Of a stretch of DNA of 64,000 nucleotides, positions 16,182 to 29,447 are shown in pieces; positions within the stretch are counted from its first letter, which is position 1; each line of letters opens with the position of its first letter. The stretch comes from Octopus vulgaris (lineage: Eukaryota). The notes under the pieces were generated by a model, which was not told where the DNA came from, made no database searches, and worked only from the letters and a program-made list of their open reading frames with translations. A program made the translations under genes and the position numbers. Location of the stretch: assembly GCA_951406725.2 (NCBI GenBank), contig OX597839.1:12090001-12154000 (forward strand), given 5' to 3'.

Positions 16182-16407
16182 TGCATATATACAAATATGT
16201 ATTCAGACGTATATATGCTATATATGTATCTGTGTGTGTTTATACGTATATTGATATACACATATCCATATCTACACGCTCATATCTATGTATATATACA
16301 TACATATGTGTGTGTGTGTGCCTGTATATATATTATATATATATATACATACACATACATACATATAACGTACGCTCAAATACACGTACACGTAAACACA
16401 CACTACA

Positions 16408-16483
<76 letters not shown>

Positions 16484-16804
16484 TGCGTGTGTATGTTTAT
16501 ATGTGTGTGTACATGTATAGAAGTATGTATATATGTGTGTGTATATGTATGTATCCTATTATTTCCCTTGCACAGCGTCTCAGGATACAGATTTGAAGTT
16601 CGATGCTGCCCAATTGTATCCTATTAGCCAATGATTTATTGCCTACAAATTATAGTCGAAAGATAATTCCATCGTACATTATTATTATTATTATTATCAT
16701 TATTATTATTTTTGTTGTTGTAGTTGTTGTTGTTATTATTATTATTATTATTATTGTTATTGTTATTATTGTTGTTGTTGTTGTTGTTGTTGGTGGTGGT
16801 GGTG

Positions 16805-16889
<85 letters not shown>

Positions 16890-17354
16890 GCTCTTGCTCT
16901 TCATCGTCATTCAATATATTCGTTCATACATTGTTTGTTTGAAGAGAAACAACGGGAAAAAAATGCTCTCCCCAGATGAATAGATAAATAGATAAAATGG
17001 CAGTCTTGGCAATATGGCGTACAACTGACATGGTATGGAAACAAACGAACATAAGATCTGAGTTTTATATTATCATTTTTTTTACACCTTTTCCAATGAT
17101 ATGAACGGATTATGGGCATTATTCATACACTCAGGCCCGAAAATGCTGGCACACATGCATTGTTTCCACACCCAAACACACATAGATACACATACACATA
17201 TATGTTACATTAACGTTCGGTCTTAAACGAAGATTTATTTAATTACAAATCAATATTAAACTGATGGATCACTTATTATTTTTCAATAAAGTACATGCGC
17301 ATTCAATTTTACAAGGAAAAGGCTGTAAGTGACTCAAAAATTCCAGCTGAACAT

Positions 17355-17652
17355 GTTCCTTCTTCTCGAGCTATGCCTGGCTCATAGGGCCGCTTTCCCG
17401 GTTTCTTGGCGTATAGGTTCCTCACCTGGACTGGACGCTAGTCCATCGCAGGTGAGCTGCAAGATGCAGGAGGAAAGACTGAGAGAAAGTTGTGGCGGAA
17501 GAGTCAGCAGAAGTTTCGCCATTACCTTCTGCCGGAGCCGCGCGGAGCTTAGGTGTTTCGCTCATAAACACACACATCGTCTGGTCTGAGATTCGAACCC
17601 GCGATCCCTCGACCGCGAGTCCGCTGCTCTAACCACCAGGCCATGTGCCTCC
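17355..17652 (-). mobile_element. tRNA-derived SINE (family C-related head)
   Basis: Minus strand ggaggcacatggcctggtggttagagcagcggactcgcggtcgagggatcgcgggttcgaatctc (clear A/B boxes); tail shared with 5622-5720. Confidence 0.8.
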
Positions 17653-18002
17653 GCAGCTGAACATACCTCAACTGAATGATGATCGCTGGAAATCCGAAAC
17701 TTTGAAGTTACTGTCACCCTTTTGCCAGCATCCTTCAAGTGCCTCATTTATTTCCTTCTGTCAAAGAGCAAACTAACTTTTTTGAACCAGTGTTGTAGTG
17801 TAATTTTTCTTTCTTTAAATTTTTCTCATTCTTCTCCCTTGGCTATGCCTTCCATCCATGCAACAGCGTTTCGTAGCCATACTCCTGAACACACTCCAGT
17901 AACTCACTCGTTCCTCACGCCTCTTCCCTTCCTTTTTATTTCACGTTCATCCCAGCGTCCACTTCCTCACTTTCCTTACATACACACTCTCTGACACTCG
18001 AT

Positions 18003-18340
18003 CGTTCTGGGTTCAAATTCCGCCGAGGTTGACTTTGCTTTTCATCCTTTCGGGGTCGATAAATTAAGTACCAGTTACGCACTGGGGTCGATATAATCGA
18101 CTTAATCCGTTTGTCTGTCCTCTCTGTGTGTAGTTCCTTGTGGGTAGTAAAGAAATAGGTATTTCGTCTGTCGTTACGTTCTGAGTTCAAATTCCGCCGA
18201 GGTTGACTTTGCTTTTCATCCTTTCGGGGTCGATAAATTAAGTACCAGTTACGCACTGGGGTTGATGTAATCGACTTAATCCGTTTGTCTGTCCTTGTTT
18301 GTCCCCTCTGTGTTTAGCCCCTGGTGGGCAGTAAAGAAAT
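18003..18340 (+). mobile_element. Two tandem 5'-truncated SINE family B copies
   Basis: gttcaaattccgccgaggttgactttgcttttcatcctttcggggtcgataaattaagtaccag occurs twice (~18010 and ~18185); the central block resembles the Meta/Sauria-SINE conserved domain. Confidence 0.85.
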
Positions 18341-19219
18341 ATATATACTGTACACACACAACAACATTTTATAAACAAGCTTTTATTTGGAAGCGTCGAA
18401 CGTGTTTCGCATTTTACAGACAAGAAAATAATATTTTCAACGCAGTAAAATACCCAATCTTTCTGCTGTTTTCGAAATGTTACTGTCTTGTCTGTAAAAT
18501 ATATACGTTTATATAAGTATTCGTATATATGTATGTATATCTTTATACACACACACACACACAGACACACACACAGACACACACACACACAAACACACAT
18601 ACATGTATATATAGACGTATATATGTATCCATGCACACACACATACACGCACATACATTCAATATAAACTTTCCACTTGATGCTATTATAAGAAGGGTGT
18701 GTTTGTTATTGACAGAAGTCCGCTCAATTGAATGTTAAAATAGGAGCGATTTTTTATTACTTTTAGCGTAAAATAAAAGATTTAATTCAACATACATCAC
18801 TATACACTAATATATTATTAAATCATAATAAAGAATTTGTCAGTTGTTATTTCCACTTTTTTTTCTTTTGACAATATATCTGAAGATTCTATTGCCACGA
18901 ACTTTCACCCGAGAGTTCACTATATATCTATTATATCTTATTATCCGTTTGTTTGCTGGAAGAAGGCTTTTATATAAAGAATAAGTGCTCAGTAAATCAA
19001 TAGTATAAATGTATTAACATATTCCAGTAGCGTTAGTTTACTGAATTCGTTCTGTTTATGTTCTGCGAAGAAGAAACTGATTTCGACTGGTGGGTTACGA
19101 AAATGGAAACCAGTAAAAATACCAAAAAGGGTTAGTTATGTTTACATTTTAAAGGAACTGGACATAGCTATTTTCCAAAGAAAGTGGAAACTAGCTGTCA
19201 CAAAGGCATTATCAATGGT

Positions 19220-19598
19220 CTATCTATCTATCCGCTTAGTCGAAGTCGACTCTCGGTTACTCGATGGATTAGCGTCCTCCAGTCAGTTCTATCCTGGGCC
19301 GCTTCTTTCAGATTGGCTATATCCATTCTGGTATCACTCTTGATGGTGTCATACCAGCGGGTTCTTGGTCGGCCTCATCCTCTCTTGCCACTAACCATTC
19401 CGAGCATGATGTCCTTCTCCGGGGATTTTCTCCGCATAATATGACCAAAATATGCCAATCTATGCTTGGTGATCCTAGCTTCTAGCGACAGTTTCGGCTT
19501 GATCTGGTTAAGAACTTCTCCATTGGTGAGCCTCGCTGTCCATGGAATCCGTAAAAGTCTTCTCCAACACCAAAGCTCGAATGCATTAATTCTCTTCA
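19220..19598 (-). mobile_element. RTE-clade LINE 3' fragment
   Basis: KRINAFELWCWRRLLRIPWTAR.TN..VL...LAYFGHIMRR...KDIMLG.V.GKR, continuing after a frameshift as RPRTRWYD...AAQDR..WR. It ends in a (GATA)n tail. Confidence 0.9.
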
Positions 19599-20424
19599 AA
19601 TCCCACCCCCGTTTGGGCTAAATTTGAAATTAGCCCAAACGGGGGTGGGATTTGAACTGTTGTTTCTATTGCGAGGAATTTATTTTTTGAACTGTGGAAA
19701 AAAAAAAGAACGGGGGAACCTACAATTTTCTTTTGAAAAAAAAACTGTATTCAGCCGTTTTAAGCTCTTTATTTCAGCTGCGTCCCTCCCTCTGACGGGA
19801 GTGAGATTTGAACTATTGTTCCTCTTGAGAGAAAGTAATTTTTTTTAACAGAAAAAAAAAAAAGGAACGGAATCCTATAATTTTTTTTTTTTTTCTGTTA
19901 AAAAAATTACTTTCTCTCAAGAGGAACAACAGTTCAAATCTCACTCCCGTCAGTATATTTTTTCCTTTGAAAAAAAAGTTTTTTCAGTCGTTTTTGGCTT
20001 TATCGAGCTACGCCCCTCCCACTGACAGGGGATGGGATTTGAACTTATTGATTGCCAAAAAACAAAAAAAAAATCTTGGAACTGTGTTTTTCTTTTTTTC
20101 TTTTAGTGTGTTTTCTGATAATTTATTTCCACCGAAATGTCGGTGGAGATAATAAGAGAAAAATGCTCACTCGAACAGTGTGAGGCTTTGGAGGCTAAAA
20201 AGCCTCCAAAACAAGTCCCCAAAGGCTTTGCGGCAGTCGCCGCCGTGCAAACGGAAAGTCTGGAGATCTCATTGGAGGAACTCCAGGAAATGTTTAAAAG
20301 AATGCCAGAGGAGGAGGCGGGTGAAGTAAAATTATCACCTTCCATCAATACAACAGAAGAGACAAATAAACAGGGATCTTTACCTTTTGACCGACAGATT
20401 AAAAAAATAATTTTTTGTAACTAA
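19595..20424 (+). mobile_element. Probable LINE 5' region: three diverged monomers with fold-backs, followed by an ORF1-like N-terminus
   Basis: The motif g(g/a)gatttgaact recurs at ~19646, ~19803 and ~20034, the last two after cagc/tcgttttt...ctgac. ORF 20137-20424 (MSVEIIREK...KGFAAVAA) lies upstream of an ORF2 fragment in the same orientation. Confidence 0.45.
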
Positions 20425-20587
20425 ACACTTTCAAACTTCGAATACTTGTAGAATGTGTCACATAAAACACCTTTACTCTCGGCGTTGTTGAGAAAATTCT
20501 GTATTTTGGAAGTTAATTTTTGTTAAAGTTGTCGTATTTCGGTAATTTCAACCAATCAATGACGTTTATTTCGCTGAATAAAATAAC

Positions 20588-21203
20588 AGGAGTTCCATGC
20601 GGATTTCTATAGCGAGTTAGTGGAATTTATGTCAGACGATGTCCTGGGGGAGACCCTGGGCTTCGATGGAAAGCAGTTGATCAACCTATCCAGGAGAACT
20701 TTCGGGCCGGGGTATCTGGATAATTACCAGAAATCCCTGGCTTGGCAGTGCTACCGTTCGGCTTTGTCCGAGACAAGCTGTCTAGACACTGAAGTGCCGT
20801 CTGGCCGACGTGCCCGAGGTGCGGGCGAGATAGAGAAACTGTTTTGCACGCTTTCGTGGAGTGTCCGAAATATATCGGGACAGATAGCTTTTGTCGATCA
20901 ACGAGGGAAGAGTACAGCTATCGGCTGAGGCTATTAGCAAGATTGTGCCACCTCCTTCCCTTAACAGGGAAAGGAAGGCTTGATTTTTCTGCGTAGTAGC
21001 CATACTGAAAGAGACAGTATGGAAGACGTGTGTAAGTGGTATAGTGACAGGTACCTTCGTCTCCGACCAGGCGTTGGTTAACTTCTTTAGTTACCACCTC
21101 GATAGCAAGATCAGGCTGGAGAAGAGATGCCTGTCGCAGGATATGTTCGCGAAAAGATGGAAGCAAATTGTGAACAAGCTGCGAATGACTGGAACCAGGT
21201 AAG
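20588..21203 (+). mobile_element. L1/Tx1-like LINE ORF2 C-terminal fragment (frameshifted)
   Basis: KSLAWQCYRSAL.VRDKLSRH, a decayed Cys/His knuckle region, and terminal FFSYHLDSKIRLEKRCLSQDMFAKRW. Confidence 0.65.
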
Positions 21204-21212
21204 TGGAGCCAA

Positions 21213-21442
21213 GGCGGCGAGCTGGCAGAAACGTTAGCACGCCGGGCGAAATGCGTAGCCGTATTTCGTCTGCCGTTACGTTCTGAGTACAAATTCCGCC
21301 GAGGTCGACTTTGCCTTTCATCCTTTCGGGGTCGATAAATTAAGTACCAGTTATGCACTGGGGTCGATATAATCGACTTAATCCGTATGTCTGTCCTTGT
21401 TTGTCTTCTGTGTGTTTAGCCCCTTGTGGGTAGTAAAGAAAT
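21213..21442 (+). mobile_element. Full-length SINE family B with 15-bp TSD
   Basis: ggcggcgagctggcagaaacgttagc...gtagtaaagaaat, flanked by aggtaagtggagcca at 21197-21211 and 21443-21457. Confidence 0.9.
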
Positions 21443-21696
21443 AGGTAAGTGGAGCCAGAAAGAAAAGTAAAGATTCGAACCTGGCGGTTGGATGCCTTTC
21501 CTTCAGTCACACATTGCAAAATTTGCAATGATCATCAAGTTTATATTGGAATTTTTAAAAGGAAAAAGAAAAGATATTATTTTTAACAGCATGACATATT
21601 TTATCATTCAAAACATTTTCATTCGTAATAAGCATCTTCTTCACCCTCTATGTTTGTCCCATCTCTGTACGGCTTCAATAGCCAGTTTATGAAATA

Positions 21697-22063
21697 AAGA
21701 AGCTTGCTTCCCAACCACATGGTTCCGAGTTCAGTCCTACTGCTTAGCAACTTGGGCTAGTAGAGCAAGAGTCTCTACTATAGCTTCAGGCCGACCACAG
21801 CCTTGTGATTTGATTTGGTAAGCAGAAGAAGTCCGTTGTATATTTACATGTGTGTGTGTGTGTCTTTGTCCCCTCCACCGCTTGATAACGATTGTTCGCG
21901 TGTCTCAGTCTTCGTAACCCAACGGATCGGTCTAAGAGATCGATACAATACGTACCAGGCTTAAAAACAAATTCATGGGGTCGATTACTTCGACTAAAAT
22001 TCCTCAAGGCAGCGCTGCAGCATGGCCACAGTCTCGTGACTGAAGAAAGTAAAACATAAAAGA
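21697..22063 (+). mobile_element. Diverged SINE family A
   Basis: agcttgcttcccaaccacatggttccgagttcagtcc ... gctgcagcatggccacagtc...tgactgaa. Confidence 0.75.
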
Positions 22064-22072
22064 TATCTCTCC

Positions 22073-22151
<79 letters not shown>

Positions 22152-22268
22152 CATGTATATATATATATATGTATATATATACATGTATATATATATATTT
22201 ATATATATATATATATACACATACACACATATATACATATATATACATGTATATATATATATATGTGA

Positions 22269-22326
<58 letters not shown>

Positions 22327-22339
22327 GTATATATATATG

Positions 22340-22376
<37 letters not shown>

Positions 22377-23070
22377 AAGTGTGAATAAATATATACACAC
22401 ATACACTTGTATATATATTGTGTGTATACATTGGTACATAGGTACACACATACTCACGCAGCAGGAATATATATTCATACACACACACAAACACCCGCAC
22501 ACACACACATACACACACACAGATATCCTAGAAAGCTATTGATCATTGATTTGGTTAATCAGCGCTGATCTGGAGGTTAAGCAACAACAAGAAGACAACA
22601 ACAAGCGTTACAGCAGCAGCAAATTATATATCTCTACACTTTGTCTGCTACAAACGACAGTTGCAGGTGGAGGCGGGGGGAGCTTCCGGTGTCAGAAACA
22701 CATTGGTGTCTTAGTGAAAACCAAAATAGAGAACTCCATTCAAGGGAAGCAATTCTTTCACTTAAATTTCCCATTCAGACATCATAGATGCACAAAAAGA
22801 TAATAAAAAAGTAATAAAATTAATAATAAATAAATAAATAAATAATATAAATGGAAGAAATGGAGAGAAATGGAAATTAAATTCCATTTTTATCGTCTTT
22901 CAGCAGAATATTCTGACACAGGGATGGCAAGACAATTTAGATTAAATATTCTAAACATGGAAGAAAATCACTGAGTGAATGTCGAATTGAGTAACCTTCA
23001 AGAATCAGATTAAAATAGGCTTACATTTTGACAGCAGTGCACGCACGCACGCGCTCACACACCCATCCAC

Positions 23071-23115
<45 letters not shown>

Positions 23116-23193
23116 CACATTTATATGTATGGATGTAAGAATGAACAATGTATGTGTGTATGTAAGGATGTATGCCTGTATATATCTTCGCAA

Positions 23194-23230
<37 letters not shown>

Positions 23231-23464
23231 CTATGTATATATATTAATACGTTACACTTGCGTATGTGTATATATATATGCTCACACGCATACATATATA
23301 CCCACACATATATATATAGACATATATATATACACACACACACATATATATACATTATATACATACACACACAATTTATATATATATGTGTGTGTGTATC
23401 CATACACATAATTGTGTATTTTTATATGCATACTCCTACGTGTATATGTGTGTATCTGTAAACG

Positions 23465-23501
<37 letters not shown>

Positions 23502-23544
23502 GTATGTATATATATATATATTATATATATGTATGTACACATAC

Positions 23545-23609
<65 letters not shown>

Positions 23610-23944
23610 CACACACATACACACAGAAATATATATATACAAGGAAAGGTAGAGAACAGCGTTTGTGAAAGAGAAGCAGATGAAAGGTGCACTTGTTTGG
23701 GTGTATGTGTATAAGGAAAAATGAATGAGAGAGATAGATAGAGAGAGAGAGAGAGATAGAGAAGGGGGAAGGAGAAAGATAGAAATGGTGGTTTGGGAAA
23801 GAGATGATTCGGTATACATGTTTGTTCCTATTCATTGCTCTGTTGAAACTCCAGATATTAAAGCTGATCTGTCAAACATGTTACGTTATGCAAATGAGGT
23901 TGCGCCAACCAGAATAATCTTTTTATTAACCGTATATTTGCTTC

Positions 23945-24071
23945 AATATTTGGACCGCGGCTATGCTGGAGCACCGCCTTGAAGGGTTTAATCGAAGAAA
24001 TCGACCCTGGGGCTTATTTTTAAAGTTTGATACTTCTTCTATCGGCCTTTATCAGAGATAAAAATGCACAT

Positions 24072-24103
<32 letters not shown>

Positions 24104-24290
24104 CGTTTATTTTTTTTTATCTTTTACTGGTAACATTCATTAGACTGCGGCCATGCTGGGGCACTGCCTTGAGTTCTTAGTCGAATAAATCTACGCTTAG
24201 TATATATTCAGAACCACTAAGTTACTGGGACCCAAACACACCAACAAGCAGTGGTGGAGGGACAAACACAGGCATAAAGACACACACACT
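23945..24290 (-). mobile_element. Two SINE family A 3' fragments
   Basis: gaccgcggctatgctggagcaccgcc and gactgcggccatgctggggcactgcc match 30537-30562. Confidence 0.65.
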
Positions 24291-24298
24291 AAGATATA

Positions 24299-24707
24299 TA
24301 TATATTTAGTGAGGGAAGAAATGGAGCTGAACGAAGATTCTACAAAATTCCTTTTTATTATTTTCTACACATGTTTCAATGCTGCGCATTTGTTTGTAGA
24401 TTTAAATTCCTGGATTTTCCTGAAGAGAAAGCTGCAAAATGGTCTCCTTATTCAATCCGAATTAGGGAATTTGCAGCCTTTGAAACATGTGTAGAAAATA
24501 ATAAAAAGGAATTTTGTAGAATCTTCGTTCAGCTCCATTTCTTCCCTCACTAAATATATAAAACTTCAATTATCCGCGTTAAAGCACGGTTGCGACACCC
24601 TATGGTCGTAACCTCAACCGTGTTATTTCTGTTGTGATTTTTGCTACCCAGGTATCGGTTAAATTTTGAATAATCCGTAACAAGATAATTCATTTATCCA
24701 TTTCAAT

Positions 24708-24712
<5 letters not shown>
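24299..24712 (+). mobile_element. Penelope-like pseudo-LTR derivative: 81-bp perfect inverted arm, hammerhead and tail, in (TA)n
   Basis: 24299-24379 is the exact reverse complement of 24480-24560. About 150 bp of tail follows, containing the hairpin cacggttg...caaccgtg. TA repeats lie on both sides. Confidence 0.75.
24414..24499 (+). ncRNA. Type-I hammerhead ribozyme motif with long helix II
   Basis: AUUUUC-CUGAAGA-GAAAGCUGCAAA(loop)UUUGCAGCCUUU-GAAA-CAUGUG-UA-GAAAAU. Helix I is 6 bp, helix II pairs at 11 of 12 positions, and the GUA cleavage site falls after 24493. Confidence 0.75.
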
Positions 24713-24763
<51 letters not shown>

Positions 24764-24917
24764 GGCTGCCCCCTCGTTATCGAGTATGGCCATTGCACGA
24801 AGCTTAACTGTTACTGGTGCTGTGATCGAATGTGACTTTTTAGCCCAGCTAAAGATCTACAATGTCTTGTACAAAATTGGCAACTAAAACCTTTACTGGT
24901 AGTAGCCGGCTGTAGTT

Positions 24918-24951
<34 letters not shown>

Positions 24952-24970
24952 ATATCATATATATATATAT

Positions 24971-25243
24971 TGGGTTATCCCAGAAATAATGCGCTTTTTT
25001 TATACTGCTTTTATTTTTCAAAATTAGAGGAAACGAATTTTTTTCTTTTTAAATCTAAAATATACTCTCCTACATTTTCTAAAAAGCTCTTCTATCTATC
25101 TGCTAGACTTACAAGGCCCCTCTTCCAAAATTCACTTCCCTGTTACGAAAATACTCCTCCAGTACTGTTCTAATCTACAGAATTCATATTTTTTCCATCT
25201 AAATGATTTTGAAGACTGCGGAATAAATGATAATCAGATGGGG
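24971..25243 (-). mobile_element. mariner (DD34D-type) 3' fragment with TIR
   Basis: Minus strand PSDYHLFRSLQNHLDGK...EFWKRGLVSL.DR...GEYILD; TIR ttgggttatcccagaaataatgcg adjoins TA. Confidence 0.85.
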
Positions 25244-25282
25244 TCTGATTATCATACCAGCGAATATGGTATGTCTTTTATT

Positions 25283-25480
25283 ATTTCAGTCATTGGACCC
25301 TGGCCATGCTATGGCAACACCCTTGAAAGATTTCAGTGAAAACAAATTGATTCTTGTACTTATTTGTAAGTCTTGAACTTATTCTCTTGGCTGCTTTTTG
25401 CAAATACCTGTGACGTAAATTAACCTACACCGGTTGTCAAACAGTGTGAGGACCGACAAAAACACATAGACTCACACACA
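25283..25480 (-). mobile_element. Diverged SINE family A 3' fragment
   Basis: tttcagtcattggaccctggccatgct ... gacgtaaattaacctacaccggttgtcaa. Confidence 0.6.
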
Positions 25481-25565
25481 ATATATATATGTGCGTGTGT
25501 GTGTATATATATATGCATGTATGTGTATATATATATATGTTTATATATGTGTTTGTGTATGTGTG

Positions 25566-25643
<78 letters not shown>

Positions 25644-25777
25644 CATATATATATATTTTTTTTTTTTTTTTTGTAGCATCATTTGACAGCTCATAAGAAT
25701 CGAAACCGCGACCGCATGGCCTAACACTAATCATATATATATATATATATATATAATATAAATCAATCAATCAATCA

Positions 25778-26068
25778 TATCTTCCGTCGTTAAACGACGT
25801 ATAAGGTTTCGACAATTTCTTACCCAACAACCACAGAGATGGTTTGCTTATAGTGATCAAATGTTTGTGTACACATAATTTCACACCCTCCATCAAATCT
25901 ACATTACCCGTACAGGTGCACCGGGTGCCACATGTCAGTTGACGAAATGATCGCAGAGCAATGGGAAATGAAGTGATTTGCTCAGGAAGACAACGCAACG
26001 CCCGGTCTGGGAATCGAACCCACGATCTCGCAATCGTGAGTGCAACGCCCTAACCACTACACCATGCG

Positions 26069-26069
<1 letters not shown>
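25778..26069 (-). mobile_element. tRNA-derived SINE family C
   Basis: Minus strand gcgcatggtgtagtggttagggcgttgcactcacg...gggttcgattccc; tail shared with the 12935 copy. Confidence 0.8.
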
Positions 26070-26110
<41 letters not shown>

Positions 26111-26418
26111 ATGTGTTGTGTATGTGTGTGTGCGTGCGCATTTGCATGTAAATATGTGTATTGATCAGAGTATGCGGTATGATATATCCATTGCAGCTGA
26201 TCTTATCAATCAGTTTCACACTTGGTACTAAAGCTAGATATCAGATAATAGTAAGATTAAGTTACCGAAATGTGCTGTTACCTCACATCCGGTTTTTGTA
26301 CCCAGTGAGAAATCAATCTGTAAAATCGGCTGTAATGGATCCATAATGCTGTATACTGATTTATATACCCACTCTATTGACAAATATGTAAATGCTGACT
26401 TATGGATTCTTAGATGAC

Positions 26419-26471
<53 letters not shown>

Positions 26472-26477
26472 ATGTAT

Positions 26478-26770
<293 letters not shown>

Positions 26771-26839
26771 GTCTATCTTCTATTTGGCTGTCTGTCAGTT
26801 TGTCTATTTGTGTGTCTGTCTACATGTGTGTGTGCATGT

Positions 26840-27005
26840 AACCGTTAATCCCGACACATTTTCTCTGACTCCATTTTTCCCCTCTCATCCTCTTCTGTCG
26901 AAAAGCATAGGCTCGAAACGTTTCCATTTTTCCCGAGCGTCAAACTAATACACCTGCTTCTCGTTCCCCCACCTCCCTTTGTTTTGTTTTCTGTACATTT
27001 GAACC
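26840..27005 (+). mobile_element. Short repeat family carrying a hammerhead-like motif (degenerate copy)
   Basis: ctgtcgaaaagcataggctcgaaacg...gagcgtcaaactaatacac; homologous to 29445-29625 (-) and 46935-47130 (+). Confidence 0.6.
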
Positions 27006-27019
27006 ATACATACCTCTTA

Positions 27020-27927
27020 GTCGAATCAAAACTCCGGACGAAAACCAAAACTTTCAGAAAGGGACCGTCGGACTCTTACGCGAATTGTTAGAAAGGATCA
27101 CAAAAGTACACCTCCCAAAATTACTGTAGAGCTTAATGACCACCTCGAGAACCCAGTTTCCACAAAAACTGTTCGTCGGGAGCTGCACAAAGCCGGATTT
27201 CACGAGAGGGCTGCAATCAGAAAACCACCACCTTCAAAAACAAATGTTGCAAAGCGTTTAGAGTGGAGTAAAAACATAAGAATTGGTCCCTAGAGCAGTG
27301 GAAGAAAATTATTTTCTCGGATGAGTCATCCTTTACGTTATTTTCGACCACCGGCCGAGTATACGTGTGGGGACAGCCAAAAGAAGCATTTGACCCAGTC
27401 TGCCTTCTTCCAACTGTTAAACATGGAGGAAGATCTGTGATATCTGAGGGGCTATATCTTGGAAATCCACCGGCCCAATGCTTTCCCTTCATGGCAGCAT
27501 TTTATCTGATCAAATTCATCCTATGGTTGCAGAACTGTTTCCGGAAGGAAACGCAATCTTTCAGGATGATAATGCACCAATTCACACAGCTAAAGTTGTT
27601 ACCGAATGGCACGAGGAACATTCTAGTGAAGTTGAACATCTTATCTGGCCACCACAGTCCCCAGATCTCAGTATTATTGAACATTTATGGTGCATTTTAG
27701 AAAAACAAGTAAAGAGTCGATATCCTCCACCATCATCACTACAAGAACAAGAGACTGTTTTAGCGGTAGAATGGACAAAAATTCCTTTGGAAACAATTGA
27801 AGCTTTGTATATGAGTACATACTTCGTAGAATTCAAGGTGTAATTACTGCCAAAGGCTATTCTACCCGATATTAGAATAAATTTGTTTGAAATCTTAAGG
27901 TGTTTTCATTATATTGTCCAACACCTG
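27020..27927 (+). mobile_element. 5'-truncated Tc1-like transposon, DD36E spacing
   Basis: WKKIIFSDESSF...PTVKHGG, a frameshift, then FQDDNAPIH...WPPQSPDLSIIEHLW (36 residues from D to E). 3' TIR ggtgttttcattatattgtccaacacctg followed by TA. Confidence 0.9.
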
Positions 27928-27975
27928 TACACACACACACAAACGTCTTCGTCGTTTGTTCTTTTGTAAATTTCA

Positions 27976-28039
<64 letters not shown>

Positions 28040-28045
<6 letters not shown>

Positions 28046-28145
28046 AAGTGAAGTTGTAAGATACCGCACGAGTGGAAATATATATGAAAGAAGGTTTGAA
28101 AACATATTTAAAATTGCATTTTCAAACCTTCTTTCATTTATATAT
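28040..28145 (-). mobile_element. Short inverted-arm + tail element in (TA)n
   Basis: atgaaagaaggtttgaaaa pairs with ttttcaaaccttctttcat; about 40 bp of unpaired extension lies on one side only. Confidence 0.5.
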
Positions 28146-28220
28146 ATGAGCGTCCAATAACACTATACTTGTTCCAAGTCCTCGCGTTGTTGTGTTTTCT
28201 CTGTGTTTTCATGTTTGGAT

Positions 28221-28311
<91 letters not shown>

Positions 28312-28362
28312 CGCACACACACACATATATATATATATAGAGAGAGAGAAAGACAGACAGGC

Positions 28363-28448
<86 letters not shown>

Positions 28449-28922
28449 GAAAATTTTGCAGATATAGTTATTCTTTGATAAAAAAAAAAGAAAAACCAGC
28501 ATCTCTCTAGCGAATTCCAATACAGAAAACCTGTTGTGTGAATCTATAAAATTACAAATACTTGTCTGTATATGTGAAAAACAGCGGATGGTTATTAGTA
28601 AACAGGATGAAGGTTTATTTGCATTGTTAGCCTGTAGAAAAATTAATAATACGACAAATATCTGAATAATTTGTGTCGAAATGAATTTATTTGGTAGGTG
28701 TGGTTAATGATTGCGGATATAAATAGCGTGTATTGTGCTTTTGCTCAACTGTATGCCATTATTATTTAAGTAGTTTTATTAAACTGGTTATTGTTTTCTT
28801 ATCGGTATATGGGTGAGTGCTGGAAGTGACAATTTGTTCCCTGAATACTGCATCGTTTAGTGAGTAGTGTCGTTGGTAGCAAATATTTTGGTGTGTGTGT
28901 ATTATATACATACATACATACA

Positions 28923-29006
<84 letters not shown>

Positions 29007-29370
29007 CATACATATATACATACACATATATATATTTAGATGTATATATATAAATAATCTCCGAGAATAACACACTTATTGTGGGCAAGTAAAATAAAGA
29101 TAATGAATCAAACTTGGTTAACCATAGACGCATTATATATATATATGTATTTATGTATATGTATATATGCATATATATATACATATATATATATGTAAAT
29201 GTAAAAAAATACAAACTGGGACAAGAACGTAAAACATTTAGGAGACGATACTAAAAACATGGACGGGACATTCGAAGCCTTCAATCTTCAGTCAAGAACC
29301 GGATCATCCTCGCAATTTCGGCTGATTAATCTTGATTAATACATATATACGGGTGTATGTGTTAGTGCGA

Positions 29371-29444
<74 letters not shown>

Positions 29445-29447
<3 letters not shown>

